Source: a virus (lineage: Duplodnaviria > Caudoviricetes). Taken from it: a stretch of 64,000 nucleotides of DNA. The notes beneath the pieces are model-generated. The model was given only the letters and a program-made list of their open reading frames with translations. It did no database searches and was not told the DNA's origin. The stretch spans positions 160,001-224,000 of IMG/VR virus record IMGVR_UViG_3300037247_001786, one strand, 5' to 3'. This document shows positions 28,909 through 37,637 of the stretch, piece by piece. The position numbers were made by a program, and so were the translations under genes. Position 1 is the first letter of the stretch. Every line of letters starts with the position of its first letter.

Positions 28909-30391
28909 AAGTGTATTAAAACAAGAGAAGCAATTTATTTACCTTCTTTTAAAAAATAAAGAGTTGGTTAATGATTATATCGAGAGCACTCTCTGTCCAG
29001 ATTTTTTTCATATAGATCATCAAAATATCTTAAGGGCTATCGAAGACGCCTATGAAAAAAACGTATCGTTGACAAGGCGTTCTTTTTCTGAATTTATTAA
29101 AAGGTTAAAGAGTCCTAAAGAAAAATTGCAGGAAGAAACAACATTCAATAGTTGCCTTGTCTCTGTCGCTAAGATAGATGATTTTCCTTTATTAGCAAAT
29201 GCAATATCAGAAGATTTTATTCTAAGAAAGACGGGAGACCAGATACATGATTTTAAAAAGAATATTGAGACAAGAGGAGTGTCATCAGCATTTAAGGATT
29301 TTGTAGAAAATATTCAAAATATTTCTGTAGATAATGCTGCTTTAGGTAGGCAGTCGTATTACGATGATATTGGATTATTGTCGAGAGAACATTTTATTTA
29401 CAAAGAAAAAGTTAGAAGTGGAGAGATAAAAACACCTCCTAGAATTTTAACAGGCATAAGAGAAATAGATGATACGATGGGAACTGGACTAGCTCCAGGA
29501 ACGATGACCTTAATTTGTGCTGATGTCGGCGGTTTTAAATCTATGATGATGATGAATATAGGTCTGAATGTTTGGGAAAGTGGATATGATGTTCTTTTTA
29601 TTCCTATCGAAATGGCTAAAGAACAAGTCTATGAGCGTATTTGGTCTCGACAGTCAAATGTCGAGCAGGAAAAAATACAGAAAGTAGAGTATTCTGATGA
29701 AGATGCAGCAAAGGTGGGAATTGTTATTGATAAATTCGAAAATAGTGATAACAAATTTTTTATTATGCAATCTCCAGGAGACACTACGGTTTCTATTATT
29801 GCAAGGCAAGTTAAAAAATATCATGACATCTTTAAGCCACAGTTAGTTGTTGTTGACTATATTGATAATCTTGAAAGCGATAAAGCAAAAGATAGACACG
29901 ATCTAGAGATTAGCGATATGTTGCAGAAATTAAGAACTATGGGAAGGGATTTAGGGTTTGCTGTTCTTTCAGGAGCACAAATAGGCAGGGATGCTTTGAA
30001 GAGAATTAGAAAAGCGGGGGCAAGTAAAGATGGTCAGTCGGTTAATTCTGAGGATATTAGAGGTGCTCATAGTTTTGCAATGGACTCTGATTATATACTC
30101 GCTCAAATTCCAAATACAGCACAGACTGAATCTTTATTAGATATATATGTAGTTAAAGCACGTAATGGTAAAAAGACATTCGCTAATGGTCACTTAAAAG
30201 CTAGTCTTGAAGTAATTCCAGAAGTACAACTAATAAGAAGTGTTCTCGATTTTGATATGTCTGACGATGCTATATTAGATAAGGTTGAGATGTACGAAAG
30301 TGTCGAAAATCAGATATCTAAAACTGACGACTTTGACAAAATGATGGGAATAGATTCAACAGTAGATAATTTTGACTTTGAGGATTTTTAA
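28901..30391 (+). CDS. dnaB: Replicative DnaB-like helicase
   Basis: TGIREIDDTM, ADVGGFKS, EM, LVVVDYI, LSGAQIGR, IRGAHSFAMDSD, VVKARNG. Confidence 0.85.
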   Translation: MSESVLKQEKQFIYLLLKNKELVNDYIESTLCPDFFHIDHQNILRAIEDAYEKNVSLTRRSFSEFIKRLKSPKEKLQEETTFNSCLVSVAKIDDFPLLANAISEDFILRKTGDQIHDFKKNIETRGVSSAFKDFVENIQNISVDNAALGRQSYYDDIGLLSREHFIYKEKVRSGEIKTPPRILTGIREIDDTMGTGLAPGTMTLICADVGGFKSMMMMNIGLNVWESGYDVLFIPIEMAKEQVYERIWSRQSNVEQEKIQKVEYSDEDAAKVGIVIDKFENSDNKFFIMQSPGDTTVSIIARQVKKYHDIFKPQLVVVDYIDNLESDKAKDRHDLEISDMLQKLRTMGRDLGFAVLSGAQIGRDALKRIRKAGASKDGQSVNSEDIRGAHSFAMDSDYILAQIPNTAQTESLLDIYVVKARNGKKTFANGHLKASLEVIPEVQLIRSVLDFDMSDDAILDKVEMYESVENQISKTDDFDKMMGIDSTVDNFDFEDF

Positions 30392-30393
30392 AA

Positions 30394-32199
30394 ATGTCGT
30401 CTAATTCAATTTATACAAATGAGATTTTTCGTAAAAGAAAAATAACGGATTATCTTGCTAGTAAGGGGATATTTCCACAGAAAGAACATGGAAATAGAAA
30501 GCTATATCGATGCCCTGTTCATCAAGGGGACACCTCTCCATCTATGACCGTCTTTACAGATTCTGAATATGAAAATTATTATTGTTTTGGTTGCATTGAG
30601 GAAAATGAATTAATCTGGACATCTTCTGGTTTAAAAAAAATAATTGACATACAAACTGGTGACAAGGTTCTGGATATTCATGGCAACTTCTCAAGAGTAG
30701 GAAGAACGAAAATATCAGAAAAAAATATTTCTAGTATAAAATTAGAGTGTTGTTCTGACCCCCTCTATCTGACTCCTGACCATACTTGTTTATATCTATC
30801 AAAAGAAGACGTTGGAGAGAATCTTCCCTATATAAAAAAATATAAAAACTCATTTGTCTTTAGCAACAAGGATAAGCAGAGGAAGAGAGGGAAAAAATAT
30901 AGAGATAAATTAGAATTTTTAGAATTTAGGGAGAACAATCTTAAGGATATTAAAGAAGGTGACTTTTTCGTTTTTCCCGTTATAGATGAACGTAAACGAG
31001 TTAATAAGGATTTGGTAAAATTATCTATTTTAAAAGAATATACAAAAGGTCCTAAAAATAAGAGGATTAAAGGATTCAAAGCTAATAAAAATTCTGCTTT
31101 TATCATCGGTATATGGTTGGCAGAGGGGAGTATTTGTTCTGAAGGAAGAGTTGTAAGGTGGACTTTTAATATTAATGAAAAACATATTGCTGAAAAACTT
31201 TCGAATGCTTTATATAGTGAATTCCAGTTAAAATCTCAAATAAGAGAGTACCCTAAAAAGAATACATGCGAACTTGATTGCTGTAATGTTGATTTGGCGA
31301 AACAGTTTAAATATTGGTTTAATACTGGGTCTAGTAATAAAGATATTCCAATAAGTATTTTAAATTGGGAAGGAGAGTTGCAGTCGATATTAATAGAGTC
31401 TTTTGTCTTAGGTGATGGATGTAAATCCGGAAGGCAATGTTATACAGTTTCTCAAAAACTTGCATATTCATTATTTTGCTTATCGATACAGTCTGGCAGA
31501 TATCCCTATCTAACTCCGAGACAAAGTAGAGTTGATAAAAAAGGAGTTTCTCATAAAAAATCTTACTGTATAGGATTTAGTTCAAAGGAGAGAATGAACG
31601 GCTTTTATGAAACTATCAAAGGAGTTAAGTATTATATAGCAAAAATAAAAGAGATACAACATTATTCTAAAAAGAAGAAAGTTGTAGATATAGAAGTAGA
31701 AGGGTCGCATTCTTTTGTTACAAAATTAGGAGCGGTTCACAATTGTCATTCCGGAACTACTATAATAAATCTTGTATCTGATATGGAGAATATTAATACT
31801 AGAGAAGCTTTTAAGATACTTATTACCGGACTCGAAATATCTGGGTCAAAGGCTCTCGATGATTTCTCAACCGATTATGACGAGTTCGTTAAAGCTGGGT
31901 CTTATGACGATATTAATAGTATAATAGATATAGAGGCTTTATCTCTTAGGATAAGTGTTGAGTGTTATAATTTTTTAAAATCTAATACTGATTTTGATAG
32001 CGGAGAGATAGAATTTTTTGAGAAAGTATTGCAAAAAGTTGACACTCTAACAAGAGCTAAAAATAAAAAAGATTTAGAGAAGATATTTTCTTTTTTAGTA
32101 GAGATAGGTATCCCTTATAGAGCAGAAGTTTTTTATGATAGGCAAGAGCAAAAAATAATAGAAGAGAGTTCCGAAATAGAAGTATGGAGAAGTATATAG
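30394..32199 (+). CDS. Stand-alone primase-type CHC2 zinc-finger protein interrupted by an intein (about 217 aa after splicing)
   Basis: CPVHQGDTSPSM...YYCFG|intein|CHSGTTIINLV; no Toprim domain in this ORF. Confidence 0.85.
   Translation: MSSNSIYTNEIFRKRKITDYLASKGIFPQKEHGNRKLYRCPVHQGDTSPSMTVFTDSEYENYYCFGCIEENELIWTSSGLKKIIDIQTGDKVLDIHGNFSRVGRTKISEKNISSIKLECCSDPLYLTPDHTCLYLSKEDVGENLPYIKKYKNSFVFSNKDKQRKRGKKYRDKLEFLEFRENNLKDIKEGDFFVFPVIDERKRVNKDLVKLSILKEYTKGPKNKRIKGFKANKNSAFIIGIWLAEGSICSEGRVVRWTFNINEKHIAEKLSNALYSEFQLKSQIREYPKKNTCELDCCNVDLAKQFKYWFNTGSSNKDIPISILNWEGELQSILIESFVLGDGCKSGRQCYTVSQKLAYSLFCLSIQSGRYPYLTPRQSRVDKKGVSHKKSYCIGFSSKERMNGFYETIKGVKYYIAKIKEIQHYSKKKKVVDIEVEGSHSFVTKLGAVHNCHSGTTIINLVSDMENINTREAFKILITGLEISGSKALDDFSTDYDEFVKAGSYDDINSIIDIEALSLRISVECYNFLKSNTDFDSGEIEFFEKVLQKVDTLTRAKNKKDLEKIFSFLVEIGIPYRAEVFYDRQEQKIIEESSEIEVWRSI
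30592..31743 (+). mobile_element. 384-aa intein with LAGLIDADG homing endonuclease
   Basis: Starts CIEENELI; block B LTPDH; LAGLIDADG blocks IGIWLAEGS and ESFVLGDG; ends VVDIEVEGSHSFV...VHN with Cys at +1. Confidence 0.92.
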
Positions 32200-33042
32200 A
32201 TGGTAAATAGAATAATTTGTGCAGATGTTATAGACGGTTTGAAGAAAATTAAGAATGATACTATTCATTTAACATTCACTTCTCCACCTTACAATGTGAG
32301 ATTAGATTATGACAATTCATCTGATGATTTAGCATATGCGGATTATATACAATGGTTGAAGAAGATATTCTCTTCAATTTATAAGAAGACTGTCAGCGGA
32401 GGCAGAATAGCTATTAATATCGATGCTATAACAAATAGAGAAAGCGATAAAGACCAAGAATATGTAAGAGCAATATATCCTCATCTTTATAATATAATGA
32501 AAGAGATAGGTTGGAAATTCAGAACAGAAATTTGTTGGTATAAACAGAATGCAGTTGGAAGAGCCACCGCTTGGGGGAGTTATAAATCTGCATCGAACCC
32601 ATGTCTCCGTCGGAACCATGAATATATTTTAGTTTGGAGTAAAGATGATTGGAAAATAAATAGCGAAGAAAAATCAGATATGACTAAACAAGAGTTCGAA
32701 TTATGGACTTTAAGCACTTGGCATGTTCAACCTCAAACAAGAAAGATGGCAGGGCATCCGGCGGCGTTTCCAGAAGAGCTTGCTAAAAGGGTTATTAAAT
32801 TATTTTCTTTTCCTGGTCAGACTATTTTAGATCCATTTTCTGGAACTGGTACGACAGCAAAAGTTGCTTATATGTGGAATAGAAATTATCTTGGCATAGA
32901 TAACTCAGAAGATTATTGCGAGTTCGCTAGAAATAGGATCGCTGAAGTCGAACAAGTCGAAGCGATGGAAGAGCTTCTCTCGCCCAAGAAAGATAAGTCT
33001 ATTAAAAAAGGAACAGAGTCTACAAATATTTTTGGAGATTAG
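32200..33042 (+). CDS. Beta-class N4-C/N6-A DNA methyltransferase
   Basis: TSPPYN precedes HPAAFPEEL...LDPFSGTGT. Confidence 0.9.
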   Translation: MVNRIICADVIDGLKKIKNDTIHLTFTSPPYNVRLDYDNSSDDLAYADYIQWLKKIFSSIYKKTVSGGRIAINIDAITNRESDKDQEYVRAIYPHLYNIMKEIGWKFRTEICWYKQNAVGRATAWGSYKSASNPCLRRNHEYILVWSKDDWKINSEEKSDMTKQEFELWTLSTWHVQPQTRKMAGHPAAFPEELAKRVIKLFSFPGQTILDPFSGTGTTAKVAYMWNRNYLGIDNSEDYCEFARNRIAEVEQVEAMEELLSPKKDKSIKKGTESTNIFGD

Positions 33043-33471
33043 ATGGATAGAGAAATAGAAATACAATTGGATTTTACAGACGTTACTATGGCTGAAGCGG
33101 ATGGAGATTTTGAAGAAGTTAAAGATATAATGATTCAAGAAGTCCCATACGATGATAGTTGGATGATAAGAAGCACTATTACTATTACTAGCGAATTTGG
33201 TGTCGGAGTAATGGTTGTTCATTTTTTCGGTACAGGAAAAATACTTATAATGGAATATAACCCCTCTGTTAATGATGTTTTTTATAATCCAGATGTGAGA
33301 GCTTTTTGTACATGGTCTCAAGATTTTGGATGGAATATCCCACAGCCAAGTATTGATTTAGCTAAGAAAGATAAAGAATTTTGGAAATATTTCTGGGATA
33401 CCTTATTAATAGATAGTGATTATTTTGATAAGGCTTATGGAAAAAGAGATGTCCTGGATGGGGAAGAATAG
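33043..33471 (+). CDS. Hypothetical protein
   Basis: 142-aa ORF, TAGATG-abutted to the MTase. Confidence 0.55.
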   Translation: MDREIEIQLDFTDVTMAEADGDFEEVKDIMIQEVPYDDSWMIRSTITITSEFGVGVMVVHFFGTGKILIMEYNPSVNDVFYNPDVRAFCTWSQDFGWNIPQPSIDLAKKDKEFWKYFWDTLLIDSDYFDKAYGKRDVLDGEE

Positions 33472-33488
33472 GCTATAAGTTCGATAAT

Positions 33489-33689
33489 ATGATATGTGAT
33501 AAATGTGATTATGAATATGAGATAGGACCAGACGGTTCTTATAAAAATGTATATGGAACGAGATGTCAGAAGTGCAACCATTTGATAAGACCTGATCAAG
33601 AGCCTAAATTTATAAGAGATAATAATAAAAAAATAAATGAGTTAATTTCCGAGATGAGAAGAATATGGTTAAAAGGAAATAAGGAGTAA
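33489..33689 (+). CDS. Small zinc-ribbon protein
   Basis: CDKC and CQKC pairs. Confidence 0.55.
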   Translation: MICDKCDYEYEIGPDGSYKNVYGTRCQKCNHLIRPDQEPKFIRDNNKKINELISEMRRIWLKGNKE

Positions 33690-33694
33690 CTAGA

Positions 33695-34300
33695 ATGCCT
33701 ATTAAAGAAGAACCAGTTAGAATTGAATTCCAGTACGAGCAAGAAGGCGGAGTAACAAGTGACGGAGTATTTGACGTTGAATATTTTTCCGAAATGAATG
33801 ATGGAAAAGAGAAGAAGTATGTGAGGGTAACTCCTCATGGAGCTACAGAGGGTAGTATTTTTGAGCTTGATTTCCTTGTAGAAGTTGTAGATTTTTTAAG
33901 AAAAAAAGGAGTTATAGATAATAGTTCTCCATTGCAAGAAAATGTAGCTACTGGAACTTTACCCTTGCCTCAGATAGATGTTTCTGGTAATATCTCAAAG
34001 CCACAGCCTCAAGCCATTGCGATTGATAGCCCCCCTCAGGCTCTTCCGGTATCCACTTTCTCTACAGAATTGACTCCTGATATCGATACTCCAACAGTTA
34101 AGGCTATTGATGCGTCAGTGGGTCCTAGTGTTATCGTTTCTGGAGTTGCAGTAGATAATAATGTTATTATTGATAGACCAGTCGTTAGGACTAAAGTGGG
34201 TGCCAATGAAGACCCTCTTAAGAGTATTGAAGATTCAGCAAGACAAAGAAATGCTATGCAGAAGACAACGAAGAAAACTATTAAACGAAGAGAAGACTAG
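33695..34300 (+). CDS. Hypothetical protein with Pro-rich linker
   Basis: 201-aa ORF with GGAG SD. Confidence 0.55.
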   Translation: MPIKEEPVRIEFQYEQEGGVTSDGVFDVEYFSEMNDGKEKKYVRVTPHGATEGSIFELDFLVEVVDFLRKKGVIDNSSPLQENVATGTLPLPQIDVSGNISKPQPQAIAIDSPPQALPVSTFSTELTPDIDTPTVKAIDASVGPSVIVSGVAVDNNVIIDRPVVRTKVGANEDPLKSIEDSARQRNAMQKTTKKTIKRRED

Positions 34301-34524
34301 TGAAGTATAAGTGCAGATCAATTCCGTTAACAAAACTATTCGTTACAAATAAGGGATTCCTAAAGCCTCTTTGTACTAATTGCCAAACTATAGATTGTGA
34401 AAACGATATAGAAATACAAAAAGTTAGCATAATGGGAATAACGACGGAGTATAGATTACTGACGAAAAAAGATGGCTCATATATCGTTTCATCGTGCGAG
34501 GGATTTATTGATGACAAAAAATGA
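34300..34524 (+). CDS. Small Cys-containing hypothetical protein
   Basis: TAGTG stop/start coupling; C..LC.NC...C pattern. Confidence 0.5.
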   Translation: MKYKCRSIPLTKLFVTNKGFLKPLCTNCQTIDCENDIEIQKVSIMGITTEYRLLTKKDGSYIVSSCEGFIDDKK

Positions 34525-35311
34525 CATGACGATAAATGATGCTATGGAAATAAATAATAGGTGGGAAGAGTATAGAAAAAAACAAATAAATTTGACAGTA
34601 GACTTATCAGCTAAAATAAAGAAAAATTTATCTACTAAAAAAGTGAGCTATAATGATTACAGGGAAGCTTTTGATTATGTCGGAAAAATATTTCCTGATA
34701 TAGAGGTTAAAGACATTGATGTAAGATTAGCTACTCCTATTTTATTAAAAAAATTAGGTTATAATGGCATAGGCGGTTTTTTTGAAAGAATAAGCAAAAC
34801 AGTTATTGTCTCGTCATATCAATTAGTTTCCAATGATTTCAATAAGAATTCTGTAAAAGCAAAATTGAATAAAGATGAGATTATAGTTCACGAATTATTG
34901 CATTATTGTCATGATGTTATAGGATCAAACTCAAGCGTTAACTTAAAAGAAGAATTTGCCTATGGATGGTCTCTGGGGTATTTAAGGGGTAAAGGATATA
35001 CGGATGAAGAGATAGTAAAAGATAATTACCTTCCTTATCTGTATAAAGTTTGTTCTGAAGATGGATATAAGAACATTTTAAGATCGGAAGAAATTAGTCT
35101 TGAAGAACTGAAGAGATCGTCAAGAGTTCACAGAGAAAAAGTTTTTAATAGCCGCTTAAGAAGTAAGATACATAAGGAAATTTTAGAATTATCAACAGTA
35201 AAAGGAAAAGAAATAATAAGAATCTACGACAAGAAGATAAAAGAGGGAAAGCCATACAGGTGCATAAATAAATCGAAAAATACTGTTTTTGACGTTTTGG
35301 ATTTGGAATAA
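34511..35311 (+). CDS. Zincin-like (HExxH) protein with shared C-terminal tail (KNTVFDVLDLE)
   Basis: IVHELLHYCH...KEEFAYG; ATG 34511 preferred over 34472. Confidence 0.6.
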   Translation: MTKNDMTINDAMEINNRWEEYRKKQINLTVDLSAKIKKNLSTKKVSYNDYREAFDYVGKIFPDIEVKDIDVRLATPILLKKLGYNGIGGFFERISKTVIVSSYQLVSNDFNKNSVKAKLNKDEIIVHELLHYCHDVIGSNSSVNLKEEFAYGWSLGYLRGKGYTDEEIVKDNYLPYLYKVCSEDGYKNILRSEEISLEELKRSSRVHREKVFNSRLRSKIHKEILELSTVKGKEIIRIYDKKIKEGKPYRCINKSKNTVFDVLDLE

Positions 35312-35751
35312 TGTATACACATATAGAAAATAATCATGAAATATATTTTGCCGATGAAAAAGATTATCTAAGATGCAAATTAGAATATCTTGAAGATTAT
35401 ACTTATGACGTTTCGGGTCCTATAACTTTTACTTTTTTTGTTGATAGAAGATTATATGATAGGTCACAGGTTAGGGTTCTTGAAGTAAAACATATAGAAA
35501 CCCATCCATCGCAACAAAATTACGGAAGAGAAGACGAATCGGGCAGAAATAGATTTATAGGTTACGCTGCTGGTGACCAGGACGCAGGAGACGAGGGGCG
35601 TGTAACGGTGAGTATCCCTGCTGATTCTCTGCTGGCTTTTAACATAAAGGAAGGGAATGACGAAGCTTTTCTCGACTGTTTAATATGTCCCACACCAGCG
35701 ATACCTTCTAAAAAGAAGAAGTCTTATTTTGATATTATTGATGTAGATTAG
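35311..35751 (+). CDS. Hypothetical protein with shared C-terminal tail (KKKSYFDIIDVD)
   Basis: 146-aa ORF, TAATG coupling. Confidence 0.6.
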   Translation: MYTHIENNHEIYFADEKDYLRCKLEYLEDYTYDVSGPITFTFFVDRRLYDRSQVRVLEVKHIETHPSQQNYGREDESGRNRFIGYAAGDQDAGDEGRVTVSIPADSLLAFNIKEGNDEAFLDCLICPTPAIPSKKKKSYFDIIDVD

Positions 35752-35772
35752 TGATTCCGATTATTGTAAGAT
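35751..35772 (+). promoter_or_regulatory. Promoter GTGATT-N10-TAAGAT
   Basis: taGTGATTccgattattgTAAGAT; overlaps the upstream TAG stop; ATG follows 10 nt after the -10. Confidence 0.7.
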
Positions 35773-35782
35773 AGGAAAAGAT

Positions 35783-36070
35783 ATGACGCGTTTTTATTAT
35801 TATAAACATCCTAATACAGATGAGATTTATTCAGATCAAAGAATGATGGGCTTCGAGACAAGACCCTACATAGCCCCAGATGGAGAAAAGTGTGAATTAT
35901 TAGAAGACTATGTTCCTCCTGCTAAAGATACTAAAAACCAAATAGGAATAATAAATAAAAATGCAGAAGTTTTTGAAAAAGATGCTGATTATGTAAAAAA
36001 GTGCAATCCAAAATATATTAAGTTTCGAGACGGGCATAGAGAGAAGTACGACCCTACAAGACACTGTTAA
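35783..36070 (+). CDS. Hypothetical protein
   Basis: 95-aa ORF behind a consensus promoter. Confidence 0.55.
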   Translation: MTRFYYYKHPNTDEIYSDQRMMGFETRPYIAPDGEKCELLEDYVPPAKDTKNQIGIINKNAEVFEKDADYVKKCNPKYIKFRDGHREKYDPTRHC

Positions 36071-36081
36071 AAGGAAGTGAA

Positions 36082-36441
36082 ATGACGAATAGAATTTTAG
36101 GTAAAATAGGGCAATTTAAAACTGCTAAAAAACAATTGAAAAATATAGATAATTTAGAAATTATTGAAATAAAATATAAATATAGCGATGTGTATGAATT
36201 TGTAATAGATTTTAATAAAAGCAGGGTAGAAACCGTAGATGAAGATATCTTAAAAGAATCAATTGAAAGAAATTTTAAAAGCATTAAGAAAGATATAAAA
36301 GCCCTTTATAAAGAAAAGATAAAAAAATTAAATGAAGAGGCTATCGAAGAGGCTTATGAGTTTCTTGACGATAAAGAAAATGGCACAAAAAATATTTCTA
36401 AAAAGAAAAAAATATGGGACTATATTGATCTGGAGAGATAG
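36082..36441 (+). CDS. Hypothetical protein with shared C-terminal tail (KKKIWDYIDLER)
   Basis: 119-aa ORF. Confidence 0.6.
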   Translation: MTNRILGKIGQFKTAKKQLKNIDNLEIIEIKYKYSDVYEFVIDFNKSRVETVDEDILKESIERNFKSIKKDIKALYKEKIKKLNEEAIEEAYEFLDDKENGTKNISKKKKIWDYIDLER

Positions 36442-36810
36442 ATGAGGTTTATAAGACAAGAAGAAATTATAACAACTATTTGCAATAAAGAAATAGAAGA
36501 TAATAAAAATATAGCTTTTGTTCTTGAAAGATTAAAAGAAGAGGGAGTATATTTCGCATTAACTATAAAAAAAATGTTTAGTAGTGATTACAGAGATCGT
36601 ACAATAGCGTATGAAAAAGTTAAAGTTAAAAATGTTAATGCCGAAACAGACAAAGTTGATTTTATAGTATATAAAGGAAGCTCTCTTATTAAACTAACTA
36701 ATATGGATTTTGAAGATATCAACGAGATATTTGCATTAACTAAAAAAACTAATTTATTAGATAGTAGTCAAAATAAGGGGTTCTTTGATTATATCGATAT
36801 CGAGGAATAG
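36442..36810 (+). CDS. Hypothetical protein with shared C-terminal tail (NKGFFDYIDIEE)
   Basis: 122-aa ORF, TAGATG-abutted. Confidence 0.6.
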   Translation: MRFIRQEEIITTICNKEIEDNKNIAFVLERLKEEGVYFALTIKKMFSSDYRDRTIAYEKVKVKNVNAETDKVDFIVYKGSSLIKLTNMDFEDINEIFALTKKTNLLDSSQNKGFFDYIDIEE

Positions 36811-36812
36811 AA

Positions 36813-37151
36813 ATGGAAGAAGAATTTGACTGTATATATTGTGGGAGATCAGTTTACATCGAAGAGGGACTAGAGGCTGAGATGGATAATACTTATCACC
36901 ACATGTGCCATATAGAATATCTTGAGTCCGAGATCTCTCGTTCCCAGTGGATAAGCGTCGAAGATAGATTGCCAAAAAAAGAGCGTATAAATTATTTAGT
37001 AATAGATGATCAAACAGGATATGTATCAACAGAACTATTTATGGTTAGGATGAAGTTTAGGTGGGACAAAGACGAAGCAGAGGTTGCTGAATTTTCAGAT
37101 TGGGTTACTCATTGGATGCCGATACCTAAATTACCAGGAGAGAAAATATGA
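36813..37151 (+). CDS. Zn-finger plus DUF551-like protein
   Basis: CIYC...HHMCH; WISVEDRLP...VTHWMPIP. Confidence 0.75.
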   Translation: MEEEFDCIYCGRSVYIEEGLEAEMDNTYHHMCHIEYLESEISRSQWISVEDRLPKKERINYLVIDDQTGYVSTELFMVRMKFRWDKDEAEVAEFSDWVTHWMPIPKLPGEKI

Positions 37152-37636
37152 CAGAAGAAATAAAACCATGTTGGTGTTGTGGGCATGAAATGTTCGTTGG
37201 AGAGCATAAGCGTTCTCCTGGCAAATATGTTGTACGTTGTGGTTCAGATGGGACTAATTGTATATGGTTCCCATCATCTGGAGCTATCGAAAAAAAAGAT
37301 TTGCCGAGATATATTGCTATATGGAACGCAAGAAAAACAAGGAAATCAAACACTCATTACCAAAGGTTATTCGATAAATCCCTGAAGTTAAATATGATTT
37401 TAGCTGTAGAAAACTCCGAACTCAAAGATCCTTGGATAAGCGTCAAGGATAGGTTGCCAGAAAAAAAACATGAGGTTTTAATTTATTACACATATAAAGC
37501 AAACCAAAATTCATACACAGGAATTGCATTTCTCGACAAGGAGTTATGGTATAGCGATGACGGAAAAACAGTATTTAGGAAAGAAGAAGTAACTCTCTGG
37601 ATGCCAATACCCGAACTATCTAAAGGAGGCGAGTAA
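37148..37636 (+). CDS. Lar (restriction alleviation)-like Zn domain fused to DUF551-like domain
   Basis: KPCWCCG...VRC...C...AIWNAR; WISVKDRLPE...VTLWMPIPE. Confidence 0.65.
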   Translation: MTEEIKPCWCCGHEMFVGEHKRSPGKYVVRCGSDGTNCIWFPSSGAIEKKDLPRYIAIWNARKTRKSNTHYQRLFDKSLKLNMILAVENSELKDPWISVKDRLPEKKHEVLIYYTYKANQNSYTGIAFLDKELWYSDDGKTVFRKEEVTLWMPIPELSKGGE

Positions 37637-37637
37637 G

